From IMG/VR virus record IMGVR_UViG_3300036317_000036, positions 1-54,872 of that record: 54,872 nucleotides of DNA; one strand, given 5' to 3'. A model generated the notes under the pieces. It was given only the letters and a program-made list of their open reading frames with translations, ran no database searches and was not told the DNA's origin. This document shows positions 9,036 to 19,490 of the stretch, piece after piece (position 1 is the first letter of the stretch; the number at the start of each line of letters is the position of its first letter). Made by a program: the position numbers and the translations under genes. The stretch comes from a virus. Taxonomy: Duplodnaviria > Caudoviricetes.

Positions 9036-12000
9036 CTATTCACTTTTAACCACCTTTGTACACCCCGGGCCGGACAGTGAACTGCGACCGCCGGATACAG
9101 GTGTGATGTTTATCTGGGTGCTGATTCTCTCCTTCAGTGCCGACACGTGGGAGATGATTCCGATCAGCTTGCCGTCCTGCTGCAGGCCGGACAATGTTTC
9201 CAGAGCCGTTTCCAGTGCCTCTTCATCCAAGGTGCCGAAGCCTTCATCCAGAAACAGGGAGTCCACCCGTACTTTCCGGCTGGCCATTTTCGACAGCCCC
9301 AGAGCCAGCGTCAGGCTGACGATGAAGCTTTCACCGCCGGACAGGTTCTTGGTCGAGCGGATTTCACCGGCCTGATAGTTATCGACGACGTTCAATTCCA
9401 GCGGCTGTTGTTCATCCCGGATCAGCAGATAGCGATCGGTCATTTTTTCCAGCTGCCGGTTGGCGTGGGAAACCATCAGTTCAAAGGTCAGGCCCTGTGC
9501 AAAATTCCGGTACTTTTTGCCGTCCGCCGAACCGATTAGGCCATGCAGCTTTTCCCAACGATGGCACTCTTTCTTCTGAGCCTCGATGGCGGACTGCTTT
9601 TCCTTTATCCGCTCTTTGGCTGCCGTATTTTCATTCAGCTTGTGCTTGAGCCCGGCAATGGCATCGCGCAGTGTTTTCAGGGACTCTTCAAACTCTTTGA
9701 ACTGCGGCTGCAATTCCTCAAGCGTCTTGTCTGTGAGCTTTTTGGCGATCTCCGTGGCCAGACGCGTCTCCCGGTCTTTCTGTTTAGCTTTGAGCTCAGT
9801 TCCCGCGTCATCGAGCTCCTTGGCCCGGGAAGATAAAGATTCCCGATCTTCCTGTGACAGTCTGGCTTCAAGGAAGGTTTTCTCATCGGCAAAGCCTGCC
9901 GGAATCAAAGCGACTGAAAAGTCCGCTTCCGCTTTCTTCAGTTCAGGAGTTCTTTGCTCGATGCGCTTCTTCAGGGAGTCAATATGGGTCTTGGCCGTTG
10001 TCAGTTTCTGCTGCAGCTCGGTGTTCAGGTCTCTGGCTTTCTTCTCGGCCTTTTCGGCATCGGCAATGGCTTTGTTCAGTCGGCCTTCTTCATCATCAGG
10101 CTTTTTATCGCCATACAATTGCTTCCGCTCTTCTGTTCCATCGGCCAGTTCCTTTTTGAGACGTTCAAGAGTTTCCTGTTTTTCAGCCAGAGCCTTGGCC
10201 TGCGTATCAATCACGGCATCCAGACGCTTCACCTCGCTGTCGATAGCGGCAATCTGTTTTTCGATGTCGGTCTTTTGTTTTACCTGCTCCTGCCATGCCT
10301 TCAGTCGTGACCTGAGGGATTCGAGCAATGACTCAACCTCTGCCTCCGGTATTTCAGTAATGCCAAGTGGCTGGAGTTTCCCGGAAACGGCCTGCTTGAG
10401 TTCATCAAAGCCGGTCCGAAGTTTCGTGAGGGCATCCTTTAATTCAGCGACGGTTTTTTCAGCGGCCTTCTTATCATTGGTCGCTTCGGTTTCCAGCTTC
10501 TCGCTGTCATTGAGGTTTTTACGGGCAGCGGTTTCCGCCTGTTCCAGTTTTTTGATGGTGGCTTCCTGTTCGTCTGCCTTGTCGATCAACTTGGTCAGCG
10601 ATTCTATCTTTTGTTCGATCTCATCGGGAACCGGAACGTTGCCCTCGGCAAAGGGATGATCGTTTGAGCCGCAGAGTGGACAGGGCTTGCCGTCTTCCAG
10701 TTTGGCCCGGTGGTCTTCAAGCTCCTCGATTTTCCTGATGAAAGCCATTTCACGAAGAAGGGTTTCCTTCTCAGTACGATATTCCCGGAGCAGCTTGTCA
10801 CCCAGTATTTCGCTCAGAGCATCCTTGCCTTGCTGCAGATTTTTACCTGCAGACTCCAGCTCCTGTTTCTTGAGCCCACATTGCTTGGTGGCTGCCTCCA
10901 GTTTCTTTGCAGCATCAGCCACGGCCGTATCGGCTTTTTTTAGTTCGGCTTCTTTCTGCGTAGTCTCCCGTTGTTTGGCGAGCAGGTTCCCGAGCTGTTC
11001 TTCAACACCGGCAAGCCCACTGACCAGCCATTCATCCCGGGCATTTTCTTTGATGTATAGCTCTGCTACCTCCAGCGTTTTTTCTGCGGCAGTCCGTTTT
11101 TCCTGTTCCTTCACCCGTGCCTGCTTGTCGGTCTCAATCTTTCCGGTTTCCTTGGTACAGGCATCAGCACCTTCTGATACAGCCTTTGTCTGTTCAGCAA
11201 TCTTTTGATCCAGTGACCGGATTTTCTGAATCAGCGGGGCTGCCGTTTTCAGCTCCTCTTTGCCTTTTATGGTGAGCTGTTCTGCAGCTTTGAGAGACTC
11301 TGATTGTGTGTTTGCAGATGATTCAAGCTCAGGAAGTGCGGCTTCATCCGTTTTCAGGGAGGTCTGGTCGTCGCCTTGTTGTTTACGGAGGGATGTGAGC
11401 GATGCGTATGTTCCGTCAAGTGAGGCGGCCTTGATGGCCTGTTCAAGTTTGGTTCGTTCCGGTTTGAATGCCTCGGTATCGGTCTTCAGTTTGGCGGCTT
11501 CATCCGTAAGGCTGAGGATCTCCTTTTGCAGGCCCTCAATAATGGTCAGCCATGTTATGGCTTTGCCTGTTTCGGTTGATTTACCAGCAAGCTCAGCCTC
11601 CTGCTTCTGCTTGGCCGCAAGGTCGTCTTGAATTTCTTTTTCCTGTTCCGGCTCCAGAATCACGATACCTGACGTTTCGGCGTTCAGGATGTTCAGCTTT
11701 TCCCGCTCATCACGCTGGCGTTCATGAACCCGGCGTGAGATTTCTGAATAAATTTCGGTGCCGGTGATCTGCTCGAGTATCTTGGACTTCTGCTCAACGT
11801 CAGCCTTGAGGAAGGTATCGAAGCCTCCCTGTGCCAGCAGAATGGAGCGGGTGAAACGGTCGAAGTCCATCCCGGTTTTTTCTTCAATGACCCCACCGAC
11901 AAGGCTTTTCTTGGTTTCGATAGGCTTGCCCGTAGCATCGTCTGCAATCTGGTGCTCCTGATCCTGCAGATTGCCTTCGGCCTTTTTTCGTGCCCGGCGC

Positions 12001-12293
12001 TGTTCCCAGTGGCAACGGAACCGGCCAGCCTGGGATTCAAAGAGTACTTCGGCGTAGCATTCACCGGTCTGGCGGGACATTATCTCATTCCCGCTCTTGG
12101 TGATTTTTCCGAGGCGGGGCGTGGCTCCATAGAGGGCCAGACAAATAGCGTCAAGAATTGTCGATTTGCCCGCACCGGTCGGACCGGTCAGAGCAAAGAT
12201 CCCGTTGGATACATATTCGGGATCGGTGAAGTCTATGACCCATTCACCATAAAGGGAGTTGAGGTTCTTAAATCTGAGTTCAAGTATCTTCAT
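9036..12293 (-). CDS. sbcC: SbcC/Rad50 ATPase
   Basis: GPTGAGKS, LLAQGGF, long coiled coil with CPLCGS zinc hook, LSGGE, FLDEGFGTLD, IISH. Confidence 0.95.
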   Translation of the reverse strand: MKILELRFKNLNSLYGEWVIDFTDPEYVSNGIFALTGPTGAGKSTILDAICLALYGATPRLGKITKSGNEIMSRQTGECYAEVLFESQAGRFRCHWEQRRARKKAEGNLQDQEHQIADDATGKPIETKKSLVGGVIEEKTGMDFDRFTRSILLAQGGFDTFLKADVEQKSKILEQITGTEIYSEISRRVHERQRDEREKLNILNAETSGIVILEPEQEKEIQDDLAAKQKQEAELAGKSTETGKAITWLTIIEGLQKEILSLTDEAAKLKTDTEAFKPERTKLEQAIKAASLDGTYASLTSLRKQQGDDQTSLKTDEAALPELESSANTQSESLKAAEQLTIKGKEELKTAAPLIQKIRSLDQKIAEQTKAVSEGADACTKETGKIETDKQARVKEQEKRTAAEKTLEVAELYIKENARDEWLVSGLAGVEEQLGNLLAKQRETTQKEAELKKADTAVADAAKKLEAATKQCGLKKQELESAGKNLQQGKDALSEILGDKLLREYRTEKETLLREMAFIRKIEELEDHRAKLEDGKPCPLCGSNDHPFAEGNVPVPDEIEQKIESLTKLIDKADEQEATIKKLEQAETAARKNLNDSEKLETEATNDKKAAEKTVAELKDALTKLRTGFDELKQAVSGKLQPLGITEIPEAEVESLLESLRSRLKAWQEQVKQKTDIEKQIAAIDSEVKRLDAVIDTQAKALAEKQETLERLKKELADGTEERKQLYGDKKPDDEEGRLNKAIADAEKAEKKARDLNTELQQKLTTAKTHIDSLKKRIEQRTPELKKAEADFSVALIPAGFADEKTFLEARLSQEDRESLSSRAKELDDAGTELKAKQKDRETRLATEIAKKLTDKTLEELQPQFKEFEESLKTLRDAIAGLKHKLNENTAAKERIKEKQSAIEAQKKECHRWEKLHGLIGSADGKKYRNFAQGLTFELMVSHANRQLEKMTDRYLLIRDEQQPLELNVVDNYQAGEIRSTKNLSGGESFIVSLTLALGLSKMASRKVRVDSLFLDEGFGTLDEEALETALETLSGLQQDGKLIGIISHVSALKERISTQINITPVSGGRSSLSGPGCTKVVKSE

Positions 12294-12304
12294 AATCAGC
12301 CTCT

Positions 12305-13543
12305 CTATTCCGCGTTGACGTCTTCTTCATGGAGAGACTTGATTATTTCGTTATAAGAGACCGTCAATTCCTCACGGTCTTCATCGGGCACCTCAAAAGC
12401 ATCCAGACAGCGGGTAAAAACATCTCCGGCATCCAGATCATCGAGGGTTTCATCTTCCGCGACCGTACTGATCACCCGGTCCATGACACGCCGGTTCTTA
12501 ATCCGCCTGATTTCCATGGCGGAGTCGGCCATGGCCTCATCGAGCATCTCGCGCAGGTTGCCGATGATGTCGCTGCCGGTGTATTCGATCTCAAGCCATG
12601 CGGAGCTTTCCTCTTTTTTAAGTCCCTCCAGCTTGGCATGGATATCATCCAGCGATCCGACAATGCGGACCAGCTCCTGAAAACAGGGTACAGGGAGTTC
12701 TTGGATATTTGGCGTGGTGCTGTTGAACTCTATGAGCACGACCTTCTTTTCCTGAGTCGCTTCGCCATAGCCCATTGGAATAGGCGAACCACAGTAACGG
12801 ATGTGTTCCGCGCTGCCGACCGGCTGAGGAACATGCAGATGCCCAAGGGCCAGATAATCAATTGACGGAGGAAAAACCTCCTCACCGACATGTGCCAGAG
12901 ATCCCACATAGAGTTCCCGGACCCCATCACCGTCAACGGTCTTACCGCCTGCCGTGAAGAGGTGTCCCATGGCAACGATGGGAATACCTTCATGCCCGGC
13001 ACGTTTGAATTCGGCCCGTTTCTGTTCAGCAATGGCGCAGACATCTGCGTAATGGTTTTTCAATCCTTCAACGAGCTTGGCGTTTTTATCGTCGATGGTT
13101 TCTCCCGGTTCAACCGTGCGGATATCCTTGTCCCGCAAATAAGGCACAGCGCAGACAATGGCCTCCGGCTTATCATCTGCGTGAAGAACAAAGACCTCAT
13201 CCTCCAAGGCTTCGGTCATTGAGCCGACCACATACACATTGAGCGCACGCAGCAGCTCCTTCGGGGCATTCAGAAATGACGGTGAATCATGGTTCCCGGC
13301 AATGACCACAACATGACGGCAACAGGATGCAGCCACACGGCACAGGAAACGATAGTAGAGCTCCTGCGCCCGGTTGCTGGGCGTGCTGGTATCAAACACA
13401 TCACCGGCAACCAGCAGAGCATCGACCTTTTCATCTTCAATGGTCTGGGTCAGCCAATCCAGAAACGCACTGAACTCCTCATAGCGTTTCCGGCCATAAA
13501 GGGAGCGGCCTAAATGCCAGTCTGATGTGTGGAGGATCTTCAT
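12305..13543 (-). CDS. sbcD: SbcD/Mre11 nuclease
   Basis: HTSDWHLG, AGDVFD, AGNHD, ALGHLH, YCGSP; adjacent to sbcC. Confidence 0.95.
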   Translation of the reverse strand: MKILHTSDWHLGRSLYGRKRYEEFSAFLDWLTQTIEDEKVDALLVAGDVFDTSTPSNRAQELYYRFLCRVAASCCRHVVVIAGNHDSPSFLNAPKELLRALNVYVVGSMTEALEDEVFVLHADDKPEAIVCAVPYLRDKDIRTVEPGETIDDKNAKLVEGLKNHYADVCAIAEQKRAEFKRAGHEGIPIVAMGHLFTAGGKTVDGDGVRELYVGSLAHVGEEVFPPSIDYLALGHLHVPQPVGSAEHIRYCGSPIPMGYGEATQEKKVVLIEFNSTTPNIQELPVPCFQELVRIVGSLDDIHAKLEGLKKEESSAWLEIEYTGSDIIGNLREMLDEAMADSAMEIRRIKNRRVMDRVISTVAEDETLDDLDAGDVFTRCLDAFEVPDEDREELTVSYNEIIKSLHEEDVNAE

Positions 13544-16125
13544 TGAGCCTCCTGCAAGGCTGGCGTCAAAGGTCTCTTTTTGAATTCTGCCTGCCAGTCT
13601 TTTAACGCGGTAAAGTCAGTTTCAAGCTCATCTGGTTCTGGCAGTGGAACTGGCGCTTCAAGTGGCTGGGAGTGTTCATACCTCGAATACTTGGTCATCA
13701 AATCGTCAAAGTATTTGCAGTCGGCTTCTGATATCTTGGCCAGATTGCCGATTTTCCCCATCGTATTTATTGCCCGACGGTATCGCTGAACAACGTCAGC
13801 GATCAGCTCGCACTCAATCATACGCTCTAGAAGGATTCTAAAATCACTGCAAAGTGCTTTTGCATAGGGCTCATAAACCTCTTTCCCGTGTTCATTCAGG
13901 AGTTTCTTTGCTTTTGAAAGTCGATCATTGATGAGTTGGTTGAGAGCCTTATCCGGTTTCTTTGCAAACAGCGGAGTATCACCCGGCTCCCCAGTCCCCC
14001 AAGATTCCTCCCGAATGCAAATAATTTCAGGCTCAATACTGACCTTTTTAGCATAATCCTGAACCATCCCTAAAAGTGAAAGGCGATGAGTGAATATGAT
14101 TACTTGTCGTTCGGAGGCAATAGCGCAGAGGCGTTGAACGACCGCCTCTTCATAATCCTGATCAAGTGATGAGATAGGGTCATCAAATACAAATGGGGCG
14201 GGATAGGTTCTACCTGTAACATCAGCAAGAAACGCCGCAATTGATACGATACGATTCTCACCTTCACTTAGAACTTCATTCAGGTTGTGGGCGGCTCCGT
14301 CCAGTTGAAGTGTATGGAGGACCTTGCCTTTTGAAACTTTGGATTTGATGAGCTTTACCTTGAGTCGAGATGCCCCTAAGGCTTTGAGCTCGTCGTTAAA
14401 CCGCTGAACAAAAGCATCCGTAATAAGCGTCTCTGCCAACTCTCCCTTTTTTGTGGATAAGGCTCTGGAGTTGGTTTTCTTTTTGGCTTCCTGAAGGCGT
14501 TCGAGTGACTGCAGGCGGTTTACCTCTTCCTGAATGGCTGTTTTCTGTTCAGCAAGCCACTTCTTTGCCTGAAGGTTTTTTAATTTGGCCTGCAGTTCAA
14601 CACGATTATCCTTTTCAGCATCTTCCTCATATTTCTTGGCGCTCTCCTCATAGCCTTTTGAAATATTCCGTATTTCTTCAATCCATTCAGGGGATTGGCT
14701 GGCGGTCCCCAAGGCATCTTCTGAGTCAAGTGACGGTACTTTGGTTTTCCTGTCTTGAAGAGAGGTGACTGTATCATTCAAAGCCTTGATGATGTCCTGA
14801 TTCTCAATCCCAGCAGCGTCGATTTTGGTTTTTAATGCCTCGCCACTGGGAATATCAGGCAGAGCATCAATTGCCTGTTTGGCCTCTCTGGCTGCTTCTG
14901 TGGCCTGCTTTTGTGTTTCACCTTTTATGTACGATTCAAAAGAGGTGAACCGTTGTTTGGCTTCCTCGGATAAAGGTTGGTGACAAAGTACACAAACAGA
15001 ATCATCCTGAACATGGGGAAACTCCTGTCCAGTGTATGCCACTTCTTCCGAATATTTTCGTGCGGCACTCCATAGCTCTTTCCAGACATCAGATCCAACG
15101 CCTTCGAGTTTTGCACCACTGAAAACATCTTTTGCAGCTGCTTCAGCGGCTGACTTTTTCAGAATCGATTTCTTTTTTGCTGCGATGATCCTTTTGCAAT
15201 TCTCATCAGACAGTTGGCTGAGATAAGCCTGTACATCCTTAACAAGGCCATCAGCATGGCTTTTTTTAGTCCTGAATTGCTTCGCTTTGTCAGCGGGGGA
15301 TGTCACAGAAATTCTTTTTTGAAGATCCCCAAGTTCTTTTTCATTTTCCGGCGAGAAAGAACAATGGGAATCAAGATCATCAGTCGTTGTTTTTGCGCTG
15401 ATTTTTTCAACCCAAGCCGATCCGGTGGTGCCGAGGAGAGCATTAGGAACGCTCGGCATTTTCGATTTTAATGCACCAGCCTCTGCATCAAGTTTTGCCG
15501 CTACTTTTTCACAGACATCGATCAGCCTGCTGAAAAAAGACAATACTGGAGGTTCATAGCTGACCTCATCTTCACTCCCCATAAACACCCGGCCAAACGA
15601 AGTATCAAAAATGTCAACGGAACAAAGGTCGTCACACACTCCCGAGCCTGCCCATTCATGTTCCGCTGGGGTGCTACTCTTTAGAAAGGAGACTTTTGCC
15701 TTCTGCGCTGTATCCTCTGGTGAAAACACATTTTTATGTAGTTGACCACGGATACAATCACGGGCTCCGCAAACATGCTTCAAGAGCCTGACATAGCCGG
15801 ATTTTCCGGAGCCGTTGTGGCCGTAAACAACGGCAACGTTGCTCTTACCGAAATCGAGTGGTGTCCGAGGAGCCAGCTTGTTTACCCCGGCAACCTCGCT
15901 AATGGAACATAAACGAATTTCTTCGGAATCATGCGCATCAAACGCCCCAGCGGGGATGCTACAATCGATATCAGGAAACTCATTATTGGCTTCCTGCTGA
16001 CACAATACTGCCAAATCAGAAATAACTGCATCATTCAGATCGCCGGATTCAAGCAGACGCTTTGCAGCGACCTGCAGCCACTTTGGCCTTTGTGTTAACC
16101 ACTCCGTTGTTGTTGAAGAAACCAT
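13540..16125 (-). CDS. RloC-like ABC/SMC ATPase with zinc hook and possible C-terminal HEPN-like domain
   Basis: Walker A GHNGSGKS, CVLCHQ hook in a coiled coil, LSEGE, FDDPISSLD, FTH; helical C-terminus ending ...KYSRYEH. Confidence 0.75.
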   Translation of the reverse strand: MVSSTTTEWLTQRPKWLQVAAKRLLESGDLNDAVISDLAVLCQQEANNEFPDIDCSIPAGAFDAHDSEEIRLCSISEVAGVNKLAPRTPLDFGKSNVAVVYGHNGSGKSGYVRLLKHVCGARDCIRGQLHKNVFSPEDTAQKAKVSFLKSSTPAEHEWAGSGVCDDLCSVDIFDTSFGRVFMGSEDEVSYEPPVLSFFSRLIDVCEKVAAKLDAEAGALKSKMPSVPNALLGTTGSAWVEKISAKTTTDDLDSHCSFSPENEKELGDLQKRISVTSPADKAKQFRTKKSHADGLVKDVQAYLSQLSDENCKRIIAAKKKSILKKSAAEAAAKDVFSGAKLEGVGSDVWKELWSAARKYSEEVAYTGQEFPHVQDDSVCVLCHQPLSEEAKQRFTSFESYIKGETQKQATEAAREAKQAIDALPDIPSGEALKTKIDAAGIENQDIIKALNDTVTSLQDRKTKVPSLDSEDALGTASQSPEWIEEIRNISKGYEESAKKYEEDAEKDNRVELQAKLKNLQAKKWLAEQKTAIQEEVNRLQSLERLQEAKKKTNSRALSTKKGELAETLITDAFVQRFNDELKALGASRLKVKLIKSKVSKGKVLHTLQLDGAAHNLNEVLSEGENRIVSIAAFLADVTGRTYPAPFVFDDPISSLDQDYEEAVVQRLCAIASERQVIIFTHRLSLLGMVQDYAKKVSIEPEIICIREESWGTGEPGDTPLFAKKPDKALNQLINDRLSKAKKLLNEHGKEVYEPYAKALCSDFRILLERMIECELIADVVQRYRRAINTMGKIGNLAKISEADCKYFDDLMTKYSRYEHSQPLEAPVPLPEPDELETDFTALKDWQAEFKKRPLTPALQEAQ

Positions 16126-16149
16126 TTCTATCTGCTCCTCATATCCGTA

Positions 16150-16620
16150 TCAATTTCCATTTTGCAATTTCCCTTCCGGCGTTGTTTCGGCTAGTCGAGA
16201 ATCCCCGGCAAGCCATTCAATAACTTGTTCTACGAACGGGGATGGATCATGCCGACAAGCATGAAGCGAGCACTCCCAAACTGTTAAGACTCTCCATTCA
16301 AGCTCCAGCAGGGCTTTTTTGCTGGCCACATCCCTGTCCCGGTTGCCTTCCAGTTTCTTTTTCCAGAACTCCTTGCGCGTGGCGGGGATTTTGGAGTTCC
16401 TGCATCCTTCATGCAGGTGCCAGAAACAGCCGTGTACAAAGATAACTGCTCTGAATTTCGACAAAACCAGATCCGGTCGTCCCGGGAGGTCTTTCTTGTG
16501 GAGACGGTATCTAATACCTCGGGCGTACAGCAGCTTCCTTAAGAGAATTTCCGGTTTGGTATTCCGGCCTTTGATCCTACTCATATTCCAGCTACGTTTT
16601 TCCCGGGTGATCCGATCCAT
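16150..16620 (-). CDS. vsr: Very short patch repair endonuclease
   Basis: MDRITREKRSWNMSRIKGRNTKPE, LPGRPD, FVHGCFWH, VWEC. Confidence 0.95.
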   Translation of the reverse strand: MDRITREKRSWNMSRIKGRNTKPEILLRKLLYARGIRYRLHKKDLPGRPDLVLSKFRAVIFVHGCFWHLHEGCRNSKIPATRKEFWKKKLEGNRDRDVASKKALLELEWRVLTVWECSLHACRHDPSPFVEQVIEWLAGDSRLAETTPEGKLQNGN

Positions 16621-16621
16621 C

Positions 16622-17449
16622 CTATCCTCCTTTACGTATGCAAAGGAGCTCATCGGGAGTCAGGGCGGGTTTGCGTCTGTGAAGCATTGCGTGGCAATTC
16701 GGACAAACCGGGAGAAGATCTTTTCCAGGATCGAGAGAATAACTTCCGCCCATCTCAGAAACCGGGACAATATGATGGACGTGAATAAAACCTTCGCCCA
16801 GCTCTCCGAATTGAGCACCGAAATCGAAATCGCAAATCCGGCAGGCCGTTCCGTGAATTTCAATACAGGCCGCCCGGTTGATTCGGCTCCTTTCATATTG
16901 TTTAACCAACTTGAGCAGCGCTGCACCTTCGCTTTCACCTTCAATTGCAGATTCATCAATTTCTTCAAGCGGGAGAAGCGCAAGAGCAAGACCGAAAAAG
17001 CCGGTTGCCCACGGAAAGGTAGCATCAAAATCATACCCTGATGACTTCTCTACAACAACACCAACCTTTTTCATTGAGATTCGAATGGTTCCCCAGTCAT
17101 TTGGCCAAGAAGATGGCTTAGATGCATCAACTTGCACAGAATCCAGTTCTAAAGAAACTTGGGCTCCTTTTGACTTAAGACTGTCTGAAAATACCGCGAA
17201 AGCAGCCTGTTGCGAAGGTGTTGCGGCTTTCATCCCGAGGACGAGTCCGGATGCATAGTTCCCTGGAATAAAAGCTGCTGAGACCGTCCTCCAGCCAAGG
17301 TGGAGCTCGACACGAAAGGATATGGTGCGCTCAATCCCACATGGGCCGATAATAATTTTTTGCCCGTTATTCTCCGCAGTTGCGCTTGCTTCCACTTCCA
17401 GACCAAATCGCTCTGTCAGAGCACGGGACAGATGTGCCGTATCAATCAT
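16622..17449 (-). CDS. HNH endonuclease (McrA-like C-terminal domain, unrecognised N-terminal domain)
   Basis: YERSRINR..CIEIHG..CRIC.FDF...IHVHHIVP...CPNCHAMLH. Confidence 0.88.
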   Translation of the reverse strand: MIDTAHLSRALTERFGLEVEASATAENNGQKIIIGPCGIERTISFRVELHLGWRTVSAAFIPGNYASGLVLGMKAATPSQQAAFAVFSDSLKSKGAQVSLELDSVQVDASKPSSWPNDWGTIRISMKKVGVVVEKSSGYDFDATFPWATGFFGLALALLPLEEIDESAIEGESEGAALLKLVKQYERSRINRAACIEIHGTACRICDFDFGAQFGELGEGFIHVHHIVPVSEMGGSYSLDPGKDLLPVCPNCHAMLHRRKPALTPDELLCIRKGG

Positions 17450-17454
17450 AATTA

Positions 17455-19053
17455 TCAGTCTTCCAGATCAGGTTCAGGAAGATCCTCAACCAGCTTTCTT
17501 AAGAGGCGTGAAACCTCGAAACGCAATTCCTCAAAATGGTTTTTTGTGGCTTCGTTGATTGTTCCAAGCTCTGCTTCGACCAAAGCCCAAAGCAGGGAGT
17601 CCATTCCTTGAACAGTCACATCAGATGCCAGGTTGGGAACATAGACCTTGTGGTAATAGGGATGGCCAGTGTTTACCCTTACTGCATGATGGCCGTCAAT
17701 AATTGCCGGAGCCCACAGGATTCCGTCATCAATGCTATCTGCCGGTTGCACACAAACCTGCCCGGGAGCCGTGGATTCGCTCACTTTCAATTTCAGGCGG
17801 ACTGTGCCGGATTTGTTCTTAACTTCCACATCACCGGCAGCAGGATCGACAACAGTGACTTCTGCTTTACGGAGATCCTGTTCTTTGCTTGAAATGGAGC
17901 GATTAGAGCCTTCATGGGCGTCTTTGGCCTCATCGCCAACCTTCTTGCGCTGCCCACGTCTGTAACGCTCGTTGGCCGCATTTCTCGGTGCTGGAAGAAA
18001 CTCGTTCAGAACCCAGTTATACAATTCTTCATTCAACAGAATCCGGGATTTTTTGATATCAACCTGGAATGCTTCATCTGACTCGTGGTTGAACGAGAAC
18101 TCAACCCTGAGAAGCGACAAGTGAGGCTCTTTTGTAAACATGCCCAGCCAATCGGCAGGATGAATAAGGCGGTTTTCCCGATAGATATAAATGCCCTGCA
18201 TGTTGTTTGTCAGGCGTGCACGTTTAGCAGATTCCTGAGAGGAGAAGTGTTCCCGTCGTGGGAGGACAAAAGCACGGATAGTGAATTCAACCGGGCTGCC
18301 GTCCGGAAGTTCGGCTTCGAGCATTTTTTCTGCAACAAGCTCGGTTTCACCTTCATCCTCGCAAAATGGGTCCCAAGGAGCAACTGGCTGTCCATTCAGA
18401 GTCATTACGATATTTCGCGAACGTTCATCGGTATCATTCAGGAAACGTTGATACACCATGGCTGCATGATCTCTGAATCCGGCCACAACCCTGTCCAATG
18501 CATTACGGGCATGCTTGCCACCCGGCTCAGAATAGTTCTTCATCATCCGGTCGACTTTGTCCCACATGACGAGTGTGCCGGATGAACTTGGAGCAACCTC
18601 GTTAAGCAGATCCTCTTCAAATTCTGTAGGAGCATCAAGAAGGAGCTCCCATTCTGAAGCACTGACCACATGATCGAGATCCCACGTAGCCTTCACCAAA
18701 CTATTTTCACCTGAACTGCGTGTGATAACCGAGAGCCTTCGGCAAAAGGCGGTGGATGCTGTCTTCAGACCAAGACCGAATTTTCCCAAGCGCTTCGGAT
18801 CAACACGTCCCTGCGCCCCATATGTCATTCCGTTTAAGAGAGCCTGCTCATCCATCCCGCAGCCATCGTCGGCAACAGAAACAAGAATATCTCCATCGGG
18901 GTCCATGTTGATCCTGATATCGATTTTTGTTGCACCGGCGTCGACAGAGTTGTCCACAATATCAGCAAGTGCAGTGTTGAAGTCATATCCGGTATCTCTA
19001 AGTCCTTCGATAAGGCGCGCCGGATTTGGAGGCAGAGTTTGTTTTCGCGTCAT
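17455..19053 (-). CDS. MORC-type GHKL ATPase
   Basis: LRDTGYDFNTALADIVDNSVDA, DDGCGM, LGKFGLGLKTAS, SGTLV, QGIYIYRENRLI, DIKKS, VNTGHPYY. Confidence 0.9.
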   Translation of the reverse strand: MTRKQTLPPNPARLIEGLRDTGYDFNTALADIVDNSVDAGATKIDIRINMDPDGDILVSVADDGCGMDEQALLNGMTYGAQGRVDPKRLGKFGLGLKTASTAFCRRLSVITRSSGENSLVKATWDLDHVVSASEWELLLDAPTEFEEDLLNEVAPSSSGTLVMWDKVDRMMKNYSEPGGKHARNALDRVVAGFRDHAAMVYQRFLNDTDERSRNIVMTLNGQPVAPWDPFCEDEGETELVAEKMLEAELPDGSPVEFTIRAFVLPRREHFSSQESAKRARLTNNMQGIYIYRENRLIHPADWLGMFTKEPHLSLLRVEFSFNHESDEAFQVDIKKSRILLNEELYNWVLNEFLPAPRNAANERYRRGQRKKVGDEAKDAHEGSNRSISSKEQDLRKAEVTVVDPAAGDVEVKNKSGTVRLKLKVSESTAPGQVCVQPADSIDDGILWAPAIIDGHHAVRVNTGHPYYHKVYVPNLASDVTVQGMDSLLWALVEAELGTINEATKNHFEELRFEVSRLLRKLVEDLPEPDLED

Positions 19054-19067
19054 ATTCTTCTCCCGTT

Positions 19068-19490
19068 CTATATTTTTACAACTTTCCATGAATTACTGAG
19101 CTTCAGCGGACCAGAGCCAATTTTTTTAACACCGTCTTTCTGATATTTCACCGAGTAAAAGCCATTTACATCCCTGGACAGAGTGAGTGTATCCCCCGAC
19201 TTAAGATTGTATGCATTCATATACCTGGTCATGCCGGTCAGACGATATTCGTTCCGGGTACCACCAAAAAACTTGTTGTTATAGTAGATGAAGGAGAATG
19301 ACCACTGTTCACCCATATGATCATGGAAGGTAATAAGGAACCTTGGATTCTTCTCCTCATTATTCAGCTCTGGAAAAAAGGACAGGATCTCTGGCTTTTT
19401 AGGGATGAGAATGCCAGCCTGATGTCCACCAGTTTCACCTGTATCATTGCGACTCAGCATTTTTTCAATAGCATTTGTTCTTGTTATCAT
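19068..19490 (-). CDS. Stand-alone EcoRII N-terminal-like (B3/pseudobarrel) DNA-binding domain
   Basis: KMLSRNDTGETGGHQAGILIP...YYNNKFFGGTRNEYRLT matches the EcoRII effector-binding domain; ATGA overlap with the upstream stop; no catalytic domain. Confidence 0.8.
   Translation of the reverse strand: MITRTNAIEKMLSRNDTGETGGHQAGILIPKKPEILSFFPELNNEEKNPRFLITFHDHMGEQWSFSFIYYNNKFFGGTRNEYRLTGMTRYMNAYNLKSGDTLTLSRDVNGFYSVKYQKDGVKKIGSGPLKLSNSWKVVKI

Noticed and set aside
9586-11631. Long plus-strand Ser-rich ORFs
   Set aside because: Antisense shadows of the Glu/Lys-rich SbcC coiled coil.
9036-16125. Lamassu or Wadjet call for the SMC-like genes
   Set aside because: SbcC is paired with a canonical SbcD. 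No LmuA-type effector or JetA/B/D is recognisable.
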